Shown piece after piece: positions 1 through 9,163 of a stretch of DNA of 64,000 bases. The notes under the pieces were generated by a model. It saw only the letters and a list, made by a program, of their open reading frames with translations. It was not told where the DNA came from and did no database searches. Source of the stretch: an uncultured Gemmatimonadaceae bacterium (GTDB taxonomy: Bacteria > Gemmatimonadota > Gemmatimonadetes > Gemmatimonadales > Gemmatimonadaceae). Every line of letters begins with the position of its first letter. Position 1 is the first letter of the stretch. The stretch covers positions 1,952,001-2,016,000 of the forward strand of contig CAVUDW010000002.1 of NCBI GenBank assembly GCA_963740355.1, given 5' to 3'. Made by a program: the position numbers and the translations under genes.

Positions 1-1140
1 TTCCGACTGGTCACTGCCGCGACGCTGGCCGAGCGCGAAGATGGCGCGTTCGCGGAGGCTGGCGGGCTGCCGTTCGTTCTCGGCGAAGGCGCGCAAGGCA
101 GCACCCGCGGCAGGGCTCTGGTGCTGCGAGAGCGCAAACAGTGCCTTCTCGCGCAGTGCACTTTCGCCATCACTGTTCACGATGTCGACCAGCATGTCGA
201 CGGCACGCGGGTCCTTCACCTGCGAGAGCCAGAACACCGCCTGCTCACGCACTTCCGCATCCGGGTCATTCTTCGACGCCGCGAGCAGAATGTTGGCCGA
301 TTCGGTGGACTGCTTCTGCGCCACCAGGAAGACCGCCTTCCGACGGAGGCGTTCCGAACACTTGTCACGCCGCGCCAGCACGGAGGTCAGGATCGGCATG
401 GCGCGATCCGAATCCATCTGCAGCAGGGCATTCAGTGCGGCGATGCGCGTGTCGTCTTCGTCGTCGGCATCCGGGCAGTCGCTGCTGCTTCCTCGGCCAG
501 TCGAGCGTCCGCTGCCGGAGCGTGCGGTGGCGCTGGCTGAAACGCGCGTCACCTCTTCCGCGCACTCGCTGTCGCCCTGGCGCGCCAACTCACCGCAAAT
601 GCGAGCGCGCAGTGCATTGGCATCGCCGCGGGCGGAGGCCTGCGGATACCGCTCGCGCAGCGTGTCCAGTGCGCCACGTGCCTTCGACAAGTCACCCGCA
701 CGATAGAGCGCGAACGCCTCGTAGTACATTGCCTCGCTGAGCCGCATCGAGGTCGGGAAGCGACGCACCGCCGAGCGATAGAGTTCCGCCGCACCACGAT
801 AGTCGCCGCGAGACATCCGATCGCTGGCCGCCCGCAGGACCGAGTCGGCCGGATCGGCATCCTGCAGATTGAACAGGTAGCTCGGCGTCGGCAGTACATC
901 GATGAAGGCCGCGTCGAACAGTGCGGCATCCATCGCCGCGAATGGTGTCAGCGGCGGGAATGGTGTCAGCGGTGTCATCGGCGTCATCGATGCCAGTGAT
1001 GTCATCGAAGTCATCGAGGTCATCGGTGTCATCGGTGTCATCGGTGTCATCGGTGACAGTGGCGCGACAGGCGTCAGTGGCACCACAGGCTGCGACACCA
1101 ACACCTGCGTCGCCATGACCAATGGAAGGATCCAGCTCAT
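1..1140 (-). CDS. HEAT-repeat/TPR-like secreted protein, 3' end runs off the window
   Basis: Own translation from ATG at 1140 after GAGGAG: MSWILPLVMATQVLVSQP, then a (T/S)PM-repeat linker, then QDADPADSVLRAASDRMSRGDYRGAAELY...YYEAFALYR (TPR-like), then helical repeats. Absent from the ORF track because it has no stop in the window. Confidence 0.75.
   Translation of the reverse strand, partial: MSWILPLVMATQVLVSQPVVPLTPVAPLSPMTPMTPMTPMTSMTSMTSLASMTPMTPLTPFPPLTPFAAMDAALFDAAFIDVLPTPSYLFNLQDADPADSVLRAASDRMSRGDYRGAAELYRSAVRRFPTSMRLSEAMYYEAFALYRAGDLSKARGALDTLRERYPQASARGDANALRARICGELARQGDSECAEEVTRVSASATARSGSGRSTGRGSSSDCPDADDEDDTRIAALNALLQMDSDRAMPILTSVLARRDKCSERLRRKAVFLVAQKQSTESANILLAASKNDPDAEVREQAVFWLSQVKDPRAVDMLVDIVNSDGESALREKALFALSQHQSPAAGAALRAFAENERQPASLRERAIFALGQRRGSDQSE
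945..1062 (-). repeat. Imperfect 9-bp tandem repeat (ACACCGATG) encoding a TPM/TSM linker
   Basis: Plus strand shows gtcatcggt repeated, with variants. Confidence 0.85.
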
Positions 1141-1193
1141 CGTGTCTCTCCTCGAGTGTCGTAGTCGTCTCGGTACCGGAGTCGGTACCGATC

Positions 1194-1961
1194 TCAGTTG
1201 TGCGACGCCGGGATGCCGGCGGGGACGGTGGTGCGGATGCGTGTCAGGAGCAGGGATGATTTCGTCAGCAGCTCGTCCATCACGCTTCGATCTTCGGTGC
1301 GAAGGGCAGGGCCTGACTCGACCAGCTGCACCAGTACCAGCTCTAGTTCCTGCAGCAGGGCGCGTCGCCGTGGATCGCGCCCAGCGGGTGAGTCCATCAA
1401 CAGGCGTGTGCTTTCCAGCAGGTCGCGTGACCAGGCCGTCAGTTCGCGATCGCCAGATGTCTCCGGAGACTCGGCGAGCGTCGTCAGCATCGTCTCAGCG
1501 CGGCCGAAGTGTTCGGTGCTGGCCACCTGCCACACATTCGAGGCAGGAGTCGCGGCCGAATCCACGACAGCTGACGTGACAGCCACCGTGCCGCTCGATT
1601 CCACCGAGTTGCCACGCGCGAGGTTGATCCCGAATACCACCACCGCTGCCGCGGCCGCGGCAGCAATCCAGCGTGGCAGCTGCGGATACCGTGACAGCGC
1701 GCTCCGCCTGGTGTGCAGCACCACCACGTCGCTGTCCGGCGACGCTCCTGCCGATGGAGCGACAGGCGCGATCGTAGCAGGTGGAGCGTCGGTGCCACTG
1801 CTGCCGTCGCGACCCCGTCGTGCCTGGATCGCCGACCACATTGCATCGCGCGGGATGATGTCCGGCGGCACGTGATACCCTGCGGCAGCCGCTGCCTGCG
1901 CCATCGGCAGTGGCGACTCTTCGTCCGGCGTCAGTTCGTCTGGATACAGCTCGTCAGTCAT
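1194..1961 (-). CDS. Single-TM anti-sigma-factor-like membrane protein
   Basis: ATGA overlap with the ECF sigma stop; 'MWSAIQAR' motif followed by a TM helix WIAAAAAAAVVVFGI. Confidence 0.7.
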   Translation of the reverse strand: MTDELYPDELTPDEESPLPMAQAAAAAGYHVPPDIIPRDAMWSAIQARRGRDGSSGTDAPPATIAPVAPSAGASPDSDVVVLHTRRSALSRYPQLPRWIAAAAAAAVVVFGINLARGNSVESSGTVAVTSAVVDSAATPASNVWQVASTEHFGRAETMLTTLAESPETSGDRELTAWSRDLLESTRLLMDSPAGRDPRRRALLQELELVLVQLVESGPALRTEDRSVMDELLTKSSLLLTRIRTTVPAGIPASHN

Positions 1962-2497
1962 GCCCATTCTCCTTCGAATTCAGCCAGCGCGACGCGCAAC
2001 TTCCGCCGCGCGTGAAACAGCCGTGCCTTGCTCGTGCCGGGTTGGATCTCGAGCGTCCGGCCGATCTCTTCGTGTGTGTAGCCTTCCAGGTCGTGCATCA
2101 GGAAGACCGTCCGGTAACCGTCAGCCAGCGCATCGATCGCGAGTCGCATGCGCTCCTTCAGGTCGGGTTCCGACTCCCGCGTCGTGACCGCGAACGAGAG
2201 TGCTTCCTCGTAGCCTGTCTCGCGCTTCTGTCGGGTGGATCGCGATCGCATCCCGTTCATCGACACCGTCACGCAGATCGCACAGATCCACGTCGACAGC
2301 GCCGCCTCGCCGCGAAACTGCGCCAGTCGATCAAAGGCGCGAACGAACGTTTCCTGTGTGAACTCGGCCGCCATCGACGCGTCCCCCGCCAGTCGGTGGG
2401 CCAGGCGATACACCTTGTCCACGTGCCGGTCGTAGAACGTCCGTTCCGCCTTGGGGTCGGCGGCCAGCACCAGCGCGATCAGCTGTTGGTCGTCCAC
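1958..2497 (-). CDS. ECF RNA polymerase sigma-70 factor
   Basis: Region 2 (QETFVRAFDRLAQFRGEAALSTWI) and region 4 (LEGYTHEEIG...GTSKARLFHARRKL). Confidence 0.95.
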   Translation of the reverse strand: MDDQQLIALVLAADPKAERTFYDRHVDKVYRLAHRLAGDASMAAEFTQETFVRAFDRLAQFRGEAALSTWICAICVTVSMNGMRSRSTRQKRETGYEEALSFAVTTRESEPDLKERMRLAIDALADGYRTVFLMHDLEGYTHEEIGRTLEIQPGTSKARLFHARRKLRVALAEFEGEWA

Positions 2498-2543
2498 GGG
2501 GGGCGGGTGGATGGTGATTGGGCGAAGCAGCCTGTTGCGCCCC

Positions 2544-2572
2544 TCGGACAGAGGCAGTGGCGAAAGGGTTGC
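2544..2572 (-). promoter_or_regulatory. Putative autoregulatory ECF promoter
   Basis: GCAAC-N17-TGTCCGA about 50 bp upstream of the sigma gene; fits the general AAC-N17-(C/T)GTC ECF pattern. Confidence 0.45.
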
Positions 2573-2629
2573 GTCGGCCGGTCCAGCCGCCGGCCTGCCC
2601 TCGAATCTCCCCGCGTCCGGCTGCCCGGC

Positions 2630-3442
2630 TCAGGGCGTCGAGGTGCCGGTGCCGTAGGGGAAATCGGCGTCGACGCGACTGTCCGAGAGTTCGACCAGAA
2701 AGCCCGAGAGCCGCTCCACCAGGAGTTCCATGCAGCGTCGCCCCTTGTCGGCTGTGGCGGCGTGGGGATACCCGGAGCCGGTGTTGGTGGTGAGCAGGTG
2801 CCAGGGGCGCGCGATCGAGACCCAGCCGCGATTCACGGCCTCGAATTCAGTCTGCCGCGTTGCGCCGTCGTCCGCCGCCAGTGAGCCGTCGGCGTCGTGG
2901 CGCACCAGGTGCGGGAAATAGGCTAGTGCGAAGGACGTCTCCATCTCGCCCGCATGATCCTCGCGATGTTCGAAGATCGTGGAATAGATGTCGTTCAGCA
3001 CGCGGAACCAGTCGATCAGGAAAACCGTGATGCCTTCGCCAGCAAGCTCGCGCAGCAGGGGCTTGAATTCGTTGCCACCATGGCTGTTGAGCAGTACGAT
3101 CTTGTCGATGCCTGAGTTGCGCAGCGACATCACGACGTCGCGCACGAAATGATTCAGCGTCTCAGGGTTGACGTTGATCGCCAGCGGGAATTTCCGCATG
3201 TTGGTCTCGACACCGAACGGGATGGTCGGCAGCAGCACGACCTTCGCTCCTCGCTCATGCGCCGCCTGGCAGAGATGTTCGCCGACGATCGTCGCCTCGA
3301 ACACATCGGTCGCGTATGGCAGGTGCAGGTTGTGTGGCTCCGTCGCGCCGAGCGGCAGCACCGCGACCTGAATGTTGCTGTGCTTGACGCTGCCGTAGTT
3401 CAATTCGGCAAGGATCCAGGGGCGTGGCGACTGGTCGGGCAT
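2630..3442 (-). CDS. Creatininase family protein
   Basis: LPLGATEPHNLHLP..TD, NSHGGN and DHAGEMETS motifs. Confidence 0.93.
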   Translation of the reverse strand: MPDQSPRPWILAELNYGSVKHSNIQVAVLPLGATEPHNLHLPYATDVFEATIVGEHLCQAAHERGAKVVLLPTIPFGVETNMRKFPLAINVNPETLNHFVRDVVMSLRNSGIDKIVLLNSHGGNEFKPLLRELAGEGITVFLIDWFRVLNDIYSTIFEHREDHAGEMETSFALAYFPHLVRHDADGSLAADDGATRQTEFEAVNRGWVSIARPWHLLTTNTGSGYPHAATADKGRRCMELLVERLSGFLVELSDSRVDADFPYGTGTSTP

Positions 3443-3601
3443 GTGAACTCAGGTGCGCGAGAGCGTGACGGCGTGAGCCTGTGGAGGCGATCCTGTGAAG
3501 GCGAACCCTCGCCCACGCCAAATATCACGCACTGCGTGACGGGTGTGCGCAGCCCCCCGGCACGCACACCCGCCACACTGCCGGGCCAGTTCAGCTCCCG
3601 G

Positions 3602-4888
3602 CTACCTTCGCGCCTTCGACGCCTTGGTGGGAGTCGTGGGCGCCGGCGCCTCCGGCGCGTCCACCAGCACCATCGCCTGCTTCACCCAGATCTGCTTCAC
3701 GTGCGCCGCCTGCTCGAGCGCCTTGATCGCACTGTCGGTCGAATCGAGCGGGACGGTCATCGATACCCGCCGGTCGAGCAGCTTCACTTCCGGCCGCAGG
3801 TCCATCCGGTACCAGCGCCGGAACATCGGCAGCGTGGACCGCAGTTCGCGATCGGCGATCACGAACGTGCCATCGACCCAGGCCGACGATTCCTGCATTT
3901 GTGCCGCGGTCGGCACCGAGAGCGTGCTGTCGCCGGTCAGCATCAACCCCGCACCCTTGGTGACCTCGCGTACCTCCTTCCCGAGCGTCACTTGTACCGA
4001 GCCTTCCTGTACTGTCACCACCACCGGGTCATTCGCATACGCGCTGATCGTGAAGGTCGTGCCGGTGGCTATGACCTGCAGCTTGCCTGCCCGCACCTCG
4101 AAGGGGAGCTTCGGATTGCTGGCCACATCGAAGCGTGCTGCGCCGAGCAACTTCAGCGCCCGGAAATCCTGATTGAACGCCTTCGGAACGATCACGCTGT
4201 CGTCCGCACCCATCGTCACCTGTGTGCCGTCCTCGAGCTTGACGCGAGCCCGCTCCCCGACCGTAGTCGTGATGGCGTGTGCCTCCTTGTCGGCAAGGGC
4301 GCGCGTCACCTTGAAACCGGCTCCTGCGCGTTCCATGCCCCAGTAGAGAATCGACGCGACCGCCAGCAGGAGCACGACACCACCGACGATCACCTTTTGC
4401 GAAATGCCTTCGCCGACATGTGCGATGTGTTCAGCCGCCTCGTGGCGCGTGACCTCGAATCGTTGCGCCGCCGCCTCGGTCGGGTCGACGTCCAGTTGCT
4501 CGATCCGATGCAACAATCGTGACCAGCCGGCGCCCAGATCGTAGCTCACGAGCGGTGTCGCCGTCGATGCGTGTTGTACTTGTTCTCGGGCGTCAAACCG
4601 ACGCAGGCTCGCGCGACGCACCTGCTCGCGGACGGAGAGGGCGTGCGTCTCGCTCACCAACCAGTCGTGCAGCGCCTCGGGTGATGTGAAGTCGCGGCGC
4701 TCCTGCCAGGCGCGTTCAAAGAGGTGCTCGACGATGTGCGCTGCGGCCACATCGATGTGCACTTCACTGTCAGCAGACTCAGCGAGCGACGGAGCGTACT
4801 CCTCGAACAGCTGACGCAGGGCGTCCCTGTCACCGCGTGTGAACCCGTCGAACACCTCGGGTGCGATGGTGGAGGGAATGGTGCGCAT
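3602..4888 (-). CDS. FecR-domain protein with an N-terminal sigma-region-2-like segment
   Basis: C-terminal FecR (TTVGERARVKLEDGTQV, ARFDVA, ATGTTF, VQEGSV), central TM helix, N-terminus GDRDALRQLFEEY...IVEHLFERAW; AGGAGG RBS. Confidence 0.85.
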   Translation of the reverse strand: MRTIPSTIAPEVFDGFTRGDRDALRQLFEEYAPSLAESADSEVHIDVAAAHIVEHLFERAWQERRDFTSPEALHDWLVSETHALSVREQVRRASLRRFDAREQVQHASTATPLVSYDLGAGWSRLLHRIEQLDVDPTEAAAQRFEVTRHEAAEHIAHVGEGISQKVIVGGVVLLLAVASILYWGMERAGAGFKVTRALADKEAHAITTTVGERARVKLEDGTQVTMGADDSVIVPKAFNQDFRALKLLGAARFDVASNPKLPFEVRAGKLQVIATGTTFTISAYANDPVVVTVQEGSVQVTLGKEVREVTKGAGLMLTGDSTLSVPTAAQMQESSAWVDGTFVIADRELRSTLPMFRRWYRMDLRPEVKLLDRRVSMTVPLDSTDSAIKALEQAAHVKQIWVKQAMVLVDAPEAPAPTTPTKASKARR

Positions 4889-5117
4889 GCCAGCCTCCTG
4901 TGCGGATGTGATTGTCCACTCAACTCTGCTGGTGGGACAGCGGTGGCGCCGTCAGCAGAATCCCTACAGGCAAATCCTGACACGCGCCCGACCGCCCACG
5001 CGCGCTCCGCTCCGCGAACGCACGAGGCCCCGCCCATCGCAATCGATGAACGAGGCCTCAAGCTTCTTGCGTGCGGCAATCCGATAATCCGACCGCGATA
5101 TCGCCTGAGAGTAACCC

Positions 5118-7898
5118 TTACGATCCCGACGTGAAGGCGTACCTGCCGGAGCCGATCTCGACGATGAGATCACTGCCGTGCGCTGTGACGCTGCGCACAC
5201 CGACGCTCCTGGTGAGAAGCGCACCACTCTCGCGCGCCGTGTCCGCCGTGCTGTTCCGCAGCGTCACACTGGCAGTGGTGTTCGCCGGCACCACCACGGT
5301 CAGTTCTCGACGGCCGTTGATGGTGCGCCACTCCGTGCTCAGCGTGCCATAGGACGTCATCAGCTCGGTCCTCGCGCTGGTCAGTCCTGCGCCCTCGACC
5401 GGCGCAATGATCGCGTGCTTGTATCCCGGTGCCGCATCATCGACGTTGATGCCGCCGATCGTGCGATACATCCAGTCGCCGATCGCCCCGAACGCGTAGT
5501 GATTGAAGGAGTTCATGCTCTTCTCCTCGAATGACCCATCAGGTCGGATGCCGTCCCAGCGTTCCCACATGGTGGTTGCGCCGCGCGAGATGGGATAGAG
5601 CCACCCGGGATAGGTTTTCTGCGTCAGCAACGCGAACGCCACGTCGGTGCGCCCGTTCTGCGACAACGCGTGCGTCAGTTCCGGTGTGCCGAGGAAACCA
5701 GTGGAGAGGTGCCCGTCGTGCCGATTGATGTCGTCGACCAGGCGCTGCACGGCACGCGGCATCTCGCTGGCGTCGAGCAGGCCGAAGTTGAGCGCCAGCG
5801 CATACGCGGTTTGTGTGTTCTCTGCCACCCGTCCATTCGCGGACACGAATTCGCGTCGGAACGCCTCACGGACCTTGGTGAAGAGCGTGTGATACCGCGC
5901 TGCATCCTCCGGTTTGCCCAGCACTGCGGCGGCACGCGAGACGATGTCTGCCGAGTGCGCGAGATAGGCGGTCGCAATGAAGTCCTTGCCGGTGGTCGCG
6001 CCGGGGTAGCCCGCATCATCACTGTGCCACGCCAGCCAGTCGCCGAAATGATCGTCCTTGCTCCAAATCAGGGCTGGGCCTGCGCGGCCCTTCACGTAGT
6101 CGACCCAGCTCGTCATGCTCGCATACTGGCGTTCCAGCACGCCGCGATCGCCATACATCTGGTACATCGTCCACGGCACCACCGTTGCAGCATCGCCCCA
6201 TCCTGCGGCCGCCGAGAAGTGCGTGCTGTCACCACCCAGCGGGTTCGGGATCACCCACGGCACGCTGCCACCGGGATGTTGATCGGCTGCAAGGTCGGCC
6301 AGCCACTTCGCGAAGAAGCCGCCGACATTCATGTTGAAGCTGGCGGTGCGTGCAAACACCTGAGCGTCGCCGGTCCAACCGAGGCGTTCGTCGCGCTGTG
6401 GGCAGTCGGTCGGCACATCGAGAAAGTTGCCGCGCTGCCCCCAGAGGATGTTGCGCTGCAGCTTGTTCAGCAGCGAGTCGGAGGTGACGAATGTCCCTGT
6501 CTCGGTGAGGTTGCTGCGCACCACGATACCGGTGATGTTGGCCAGCGTTGGCGTTTCCGTCAGTCCATCGACCTGGACGTAGCGGAATCCGTGATAGGTG
6601 AAGTGCGGCTCCCACGTTTCGACGCCGCTCCCCGTGAAGGAGACGCGATCTGTCTGGTACGCGTCGCGCAGGTTGTCGGTGTAGAGATTGCCGGCGGCAT
6701 CGAGCACTTCTGCGTGTCGCAGGGTGATCGTCTTGCCGGCGGGCGAGGTGACCTTGAGCCGCACCCAGCCAGTGATGTTCTGGCCCAGGTCGTAGATCAG
6801 CTGGCCCGACGGTGACTTGATGATCGCGATGGGTTTCACCTCCATCGTGCGTCGCACCGGCTCACTCATCGGGGCGACCAGCGCCGCCGGTGTCGACTCG
6901 GCCTGCTCGACGGGGAGCCAGTTGCGATCGTCGTATCCGGCGCGATCCCAGCCCGCTTTCTCGAGTCGCGCGTCGTAGTTCTCGCCGCGATAGATGTCGG
7001 CATACGTCACGGCGCCCGTCGACATCTTCCAGCTCTCATCGGTGTTGACGCGCTGCGTTCGCCCGTCGGCGTAACGAATCTCGAGCTGTGCCAGGAGTGC
7101 CACCTTGGTCCCGTAGTCGTGATTACGACCATTGAAGCCGAGGTAGCCGCGATACCACCCGTCGCCCAGCATAGCGCCGATGGCGTTGTCGCCTTGCTTG
7201 AGCGCCGCCGTCACGTCGTAGGTCTGGTACTGGAGCCGCGTGTTGTAGGCCGTCCATCCGGGCGTGAAGAAGTCGTCGCCGACGCGTTGGCCGTTCAGGT
7301 GTAATTCGTACAACCCACGAGCGGTGATGTAGACGCGCGCGGACTTGACCACGCCCTTCACGCTGAACGTGTCGCGGAGCATCGGTGACGGTGCCCCACC
7401 CGAGTCGTGCGCGGCAGCCGGTGGTCCGATCCACTTCGCGGTCCAGTCGCCGCGGTCGAGCAGCCCCGTCTCCCAGAACGCCGGTGTGCTCCACGCCGAG
7501 GTGTTGCCAGCGGCGTCCCAGACTCGCACGCGCCAGAAGTACCGAGTGGAGGACTTGAGTGCAGGTCCGGCGTAGGGTTGGAAGAGCGATGCGTCGGTCG
7601 CGACCTTGCCGGATGCCCAGAGCAGTGATCGTCCGGCAGCGAGTGCCTCACTCGTCGCGGCTACCTGAATTTCATATGCCGACTGCATCGTGCCGCGGGC
7701 GCTGCTTTCGATGCGCCAGCTGAGGCGCGGCACCAGCGCGTCCATGCCGAGCGGGTTGGCGCGGTATTCGGTCAGCAGTCCGGTGACGCTGAGGCGAGAC
7801 TGCGCTGCCAACGGAAACGCGAGGGACATTGCGGCGACGAACGCACCGAACGGGACGAATAGTGCGGCGAGGTTCCGCGCGGCATGGCGTGGGAACAA
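5118..7898 (-). CDS. Alpha-L-rhamnosidase, GH78 (start uncertain)
   Basis: PTDCPQRDERLGWTGD, GATTMWERW and SFNHY motifs; signal-like N-terminus. Confidence 0.93.
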   Translation of the reverse strand: MFPRHAARNLAALFVPFGAFVAAMSLAFPLAAQSRLSVTGLLTEYRANPLGMDALVPRLSWRIESSARGTMQSAYEIQVAATSEALAAGRSLLWASGKVATDASLFQPYAGPALKSSTRYFWRVRVWDAAGNTSAWSTPAFWETGLLDRGDWTAKWIGPPAAAHDSGGAPSPMLRDTFSVKGVVKSARVYITARGLYELHLNGQRVGDDFFTPGWTAYNTRLQYQTYDVTAALKQGDNAIGAMLGDGWYRGYLGFNGRNHDYGTKVALLAQLEIRYADGRTQRVNTDESWKMSTGAVTYADIYRGENYDARLEKAGWDRAGYDDRNWLPVEQAESTPAALVAPMSEPVRRTMEVKPIAIIKSPSGQLIYDLGQNITGWVRLKVTSPAGKTITLRHAEVLDAAGNLYTDNLRDAYQTDRVSFTGSGVETWEPHFTYHGFRYVQVDGLTETPTLANITGIVVRSNLTETGTFVTSDSLLNKLQRNILWGQRGNFLDVPTDCPQRDERLGWTGDAQVFARTASFNMNVGGFFAKWLADLAADQHPGGSVPWVIPNPLGGDSTHFSAAAGWGDAATVVPWTMYQMYGDRGVLERQYASMTSWVDYVKGRAGPALIWSKDDHFGDWLAWHSDDAGYPGATTGKDFIATAYLAHSADIVSRAAAVLGKPEDAARYHTLFTKVREAFRREFVSANGRVAENTQTAYALALNFGLLDASEMPRAVQRLVDDINRHDGHLSTGFLGTPELTHALSQNGRTDVAFALLTQKTYPGWLYPISRGATTMWERWDGIRPDGSFEEKSMNSFNHYAFGAIGDWMYRTIGGINVDDAAPGYKHAIIAPVEGAGLTSARTELMTSYGTLSTEWRTINGRRELTVVVPANTTASVTLRNSTADTARESGALLTRSVGVRSVTAHGSDLIVEIGSGRYAFTSGS

Positions 7899-8032
7899 GA
7901 GGCTGGCCCGGGGAGGGGGAGCGGGGCGACCGGCAACCGAACCCGCAGTTTGCCGCAGCGCGCAGGGATAGTCCAGTTCGTTGCCCGCGCGTGGCGCCCA
8001 GCGACCAGTCCTCGGCCGGAGGCCCCGCACGT

Positions 8033-8353
8033 TCAATAGACGACCCCGAAGAGTTCCGAACCGCACTGCTGACAACAGGTTGCGTCCAACATCCAGCCGA
8101 GCGGGTTGCGTTCTTCGCAGTGATCGCACACCCGGAAGAATCGGCGCAGCGAGAGCAGTCGACGACGGCGCTCCTTGACCCGCGCTGACGGCGTATCGCT
8201 CGGAAGTCGTTCGACCTCGTGCCAGCGACTGCTCGGAGTGTGCGGGCCGAGGTGCCAGGAGATGCAGGCGACTTCAAGCACGAGTTCATCGCCGTCTGGG
8301 CGGACGCGGGTGAAGTCGGTGAGGAGGCGGAGGATGTCCTGGGGAAGTGGCAC
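8033..8353 (-). CDS. Small hypothetical protein with a C-terminal Zn-ribbon-like motif
   Basis: CDHC...CCQQC, ends GVVY; fills the intergenic gap. Confidence 0.65.
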   Translation of the reverse strand: MPLPQDILRLLTDFTRVRPDGDELVLEVACISWHLGPHTPSSRWHEVERLPSDTPSARVKERRRRLLSLRRFFRVCDHCEERNPLGWMLDATCCQQCGSELFGVVY

Positions 8354-8546
8354 GGCGCATGATTCGGTTGGTCGGTAGACGTACGATCGCGCACGGGTCT
8401 GACAGCGGAGCGGCCGAGTTGATCAGTCGAATTGCGCTTGAACGATGACGCTCGCAGCAAGTCGCCTCACTATCGTAGATGGGTCGTGCGCACTGTGGGC
8501 GCATGTCGATCTCGCCTCAGCTCCCACGCGGACCTATCCTATGGGC

Positions 8547-9101
8547 ATGTCGCAGCCAAAGCGGACGTACACCACGGACGACCTCGACGGGTTTCCAGAC
8601 GACGGCAACCGCTACGAGATCATCGACGGCGAGCTCTTCGTGACGCCCTCGCCACGGCTCTGGCACCAGGCAGCGGTACTCGAACTGGTCGAGAGGATTC
8701 GCCCTTACGCCAAGGCGCTCGGATTGCGGACGTTCGCGGCTCCGACCGATGTCCGCGTGTCCCAGTTCACTCAGGTGGAGCCTGACCTTTTCGTCTATCC
8801 GCGCGTGGACGACGTGGACGCCACGACGCGGTGGGTCACGATGAACCGGCTACTGTTGGCCGTCGAGGTACTGTCTCGATCGACGGCCCGCGTTGATCGT
8901 GGTCGGAAACGCGAGCTGTACCTCGAACAAGGGGTCGAGGAGTACTGGATCGTCGACGTTGATTCCGGCACGGTTGAAGTCTGGTCGCGACACAACGCGG
9001 AAGCACGCATCGAGTCCGAGCGATTGCACTGGCAGCCCATCCCTGAACGCGACGCATTGGTGCTGGATCTGATCGAGTACTTTCGAGACGTGCGCTCGTA
9101 A
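8547..9101 (+). CDS. Uma2 family (PD-(D/E)XK) endonuclease
   Basis: RYEIIDGELFVTPSP..H, EPDL, LAVEVLSRST...K..LY...GVEEYWIVD; TATCCT 6 nt before this ATG suggests a leaderless start. Confidence 0.93.
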   Translation: MSQPKRTYTTDDLDGFPDDGNRYEIIDGELFVTPSPRLWHQAAVLELVERIRPYAKALGLRTFAAPTDVRVSQFTQVEPDLFVYPRVDDVDATTRWVTMNRLLLAVEVLSRSTARVDRGRKRELYLEQGVEEYWIVDVDSGTVEVWSRHNAEARIESERLHWQPIPERDALVLDLIEYFRDVRS

Positions 9102-9163
9102 CTACGTCGCAAGCGCGCGACCGGAGACTAGGTCCCCAGCCGCGCGCCAGCCCATCCGACGAG

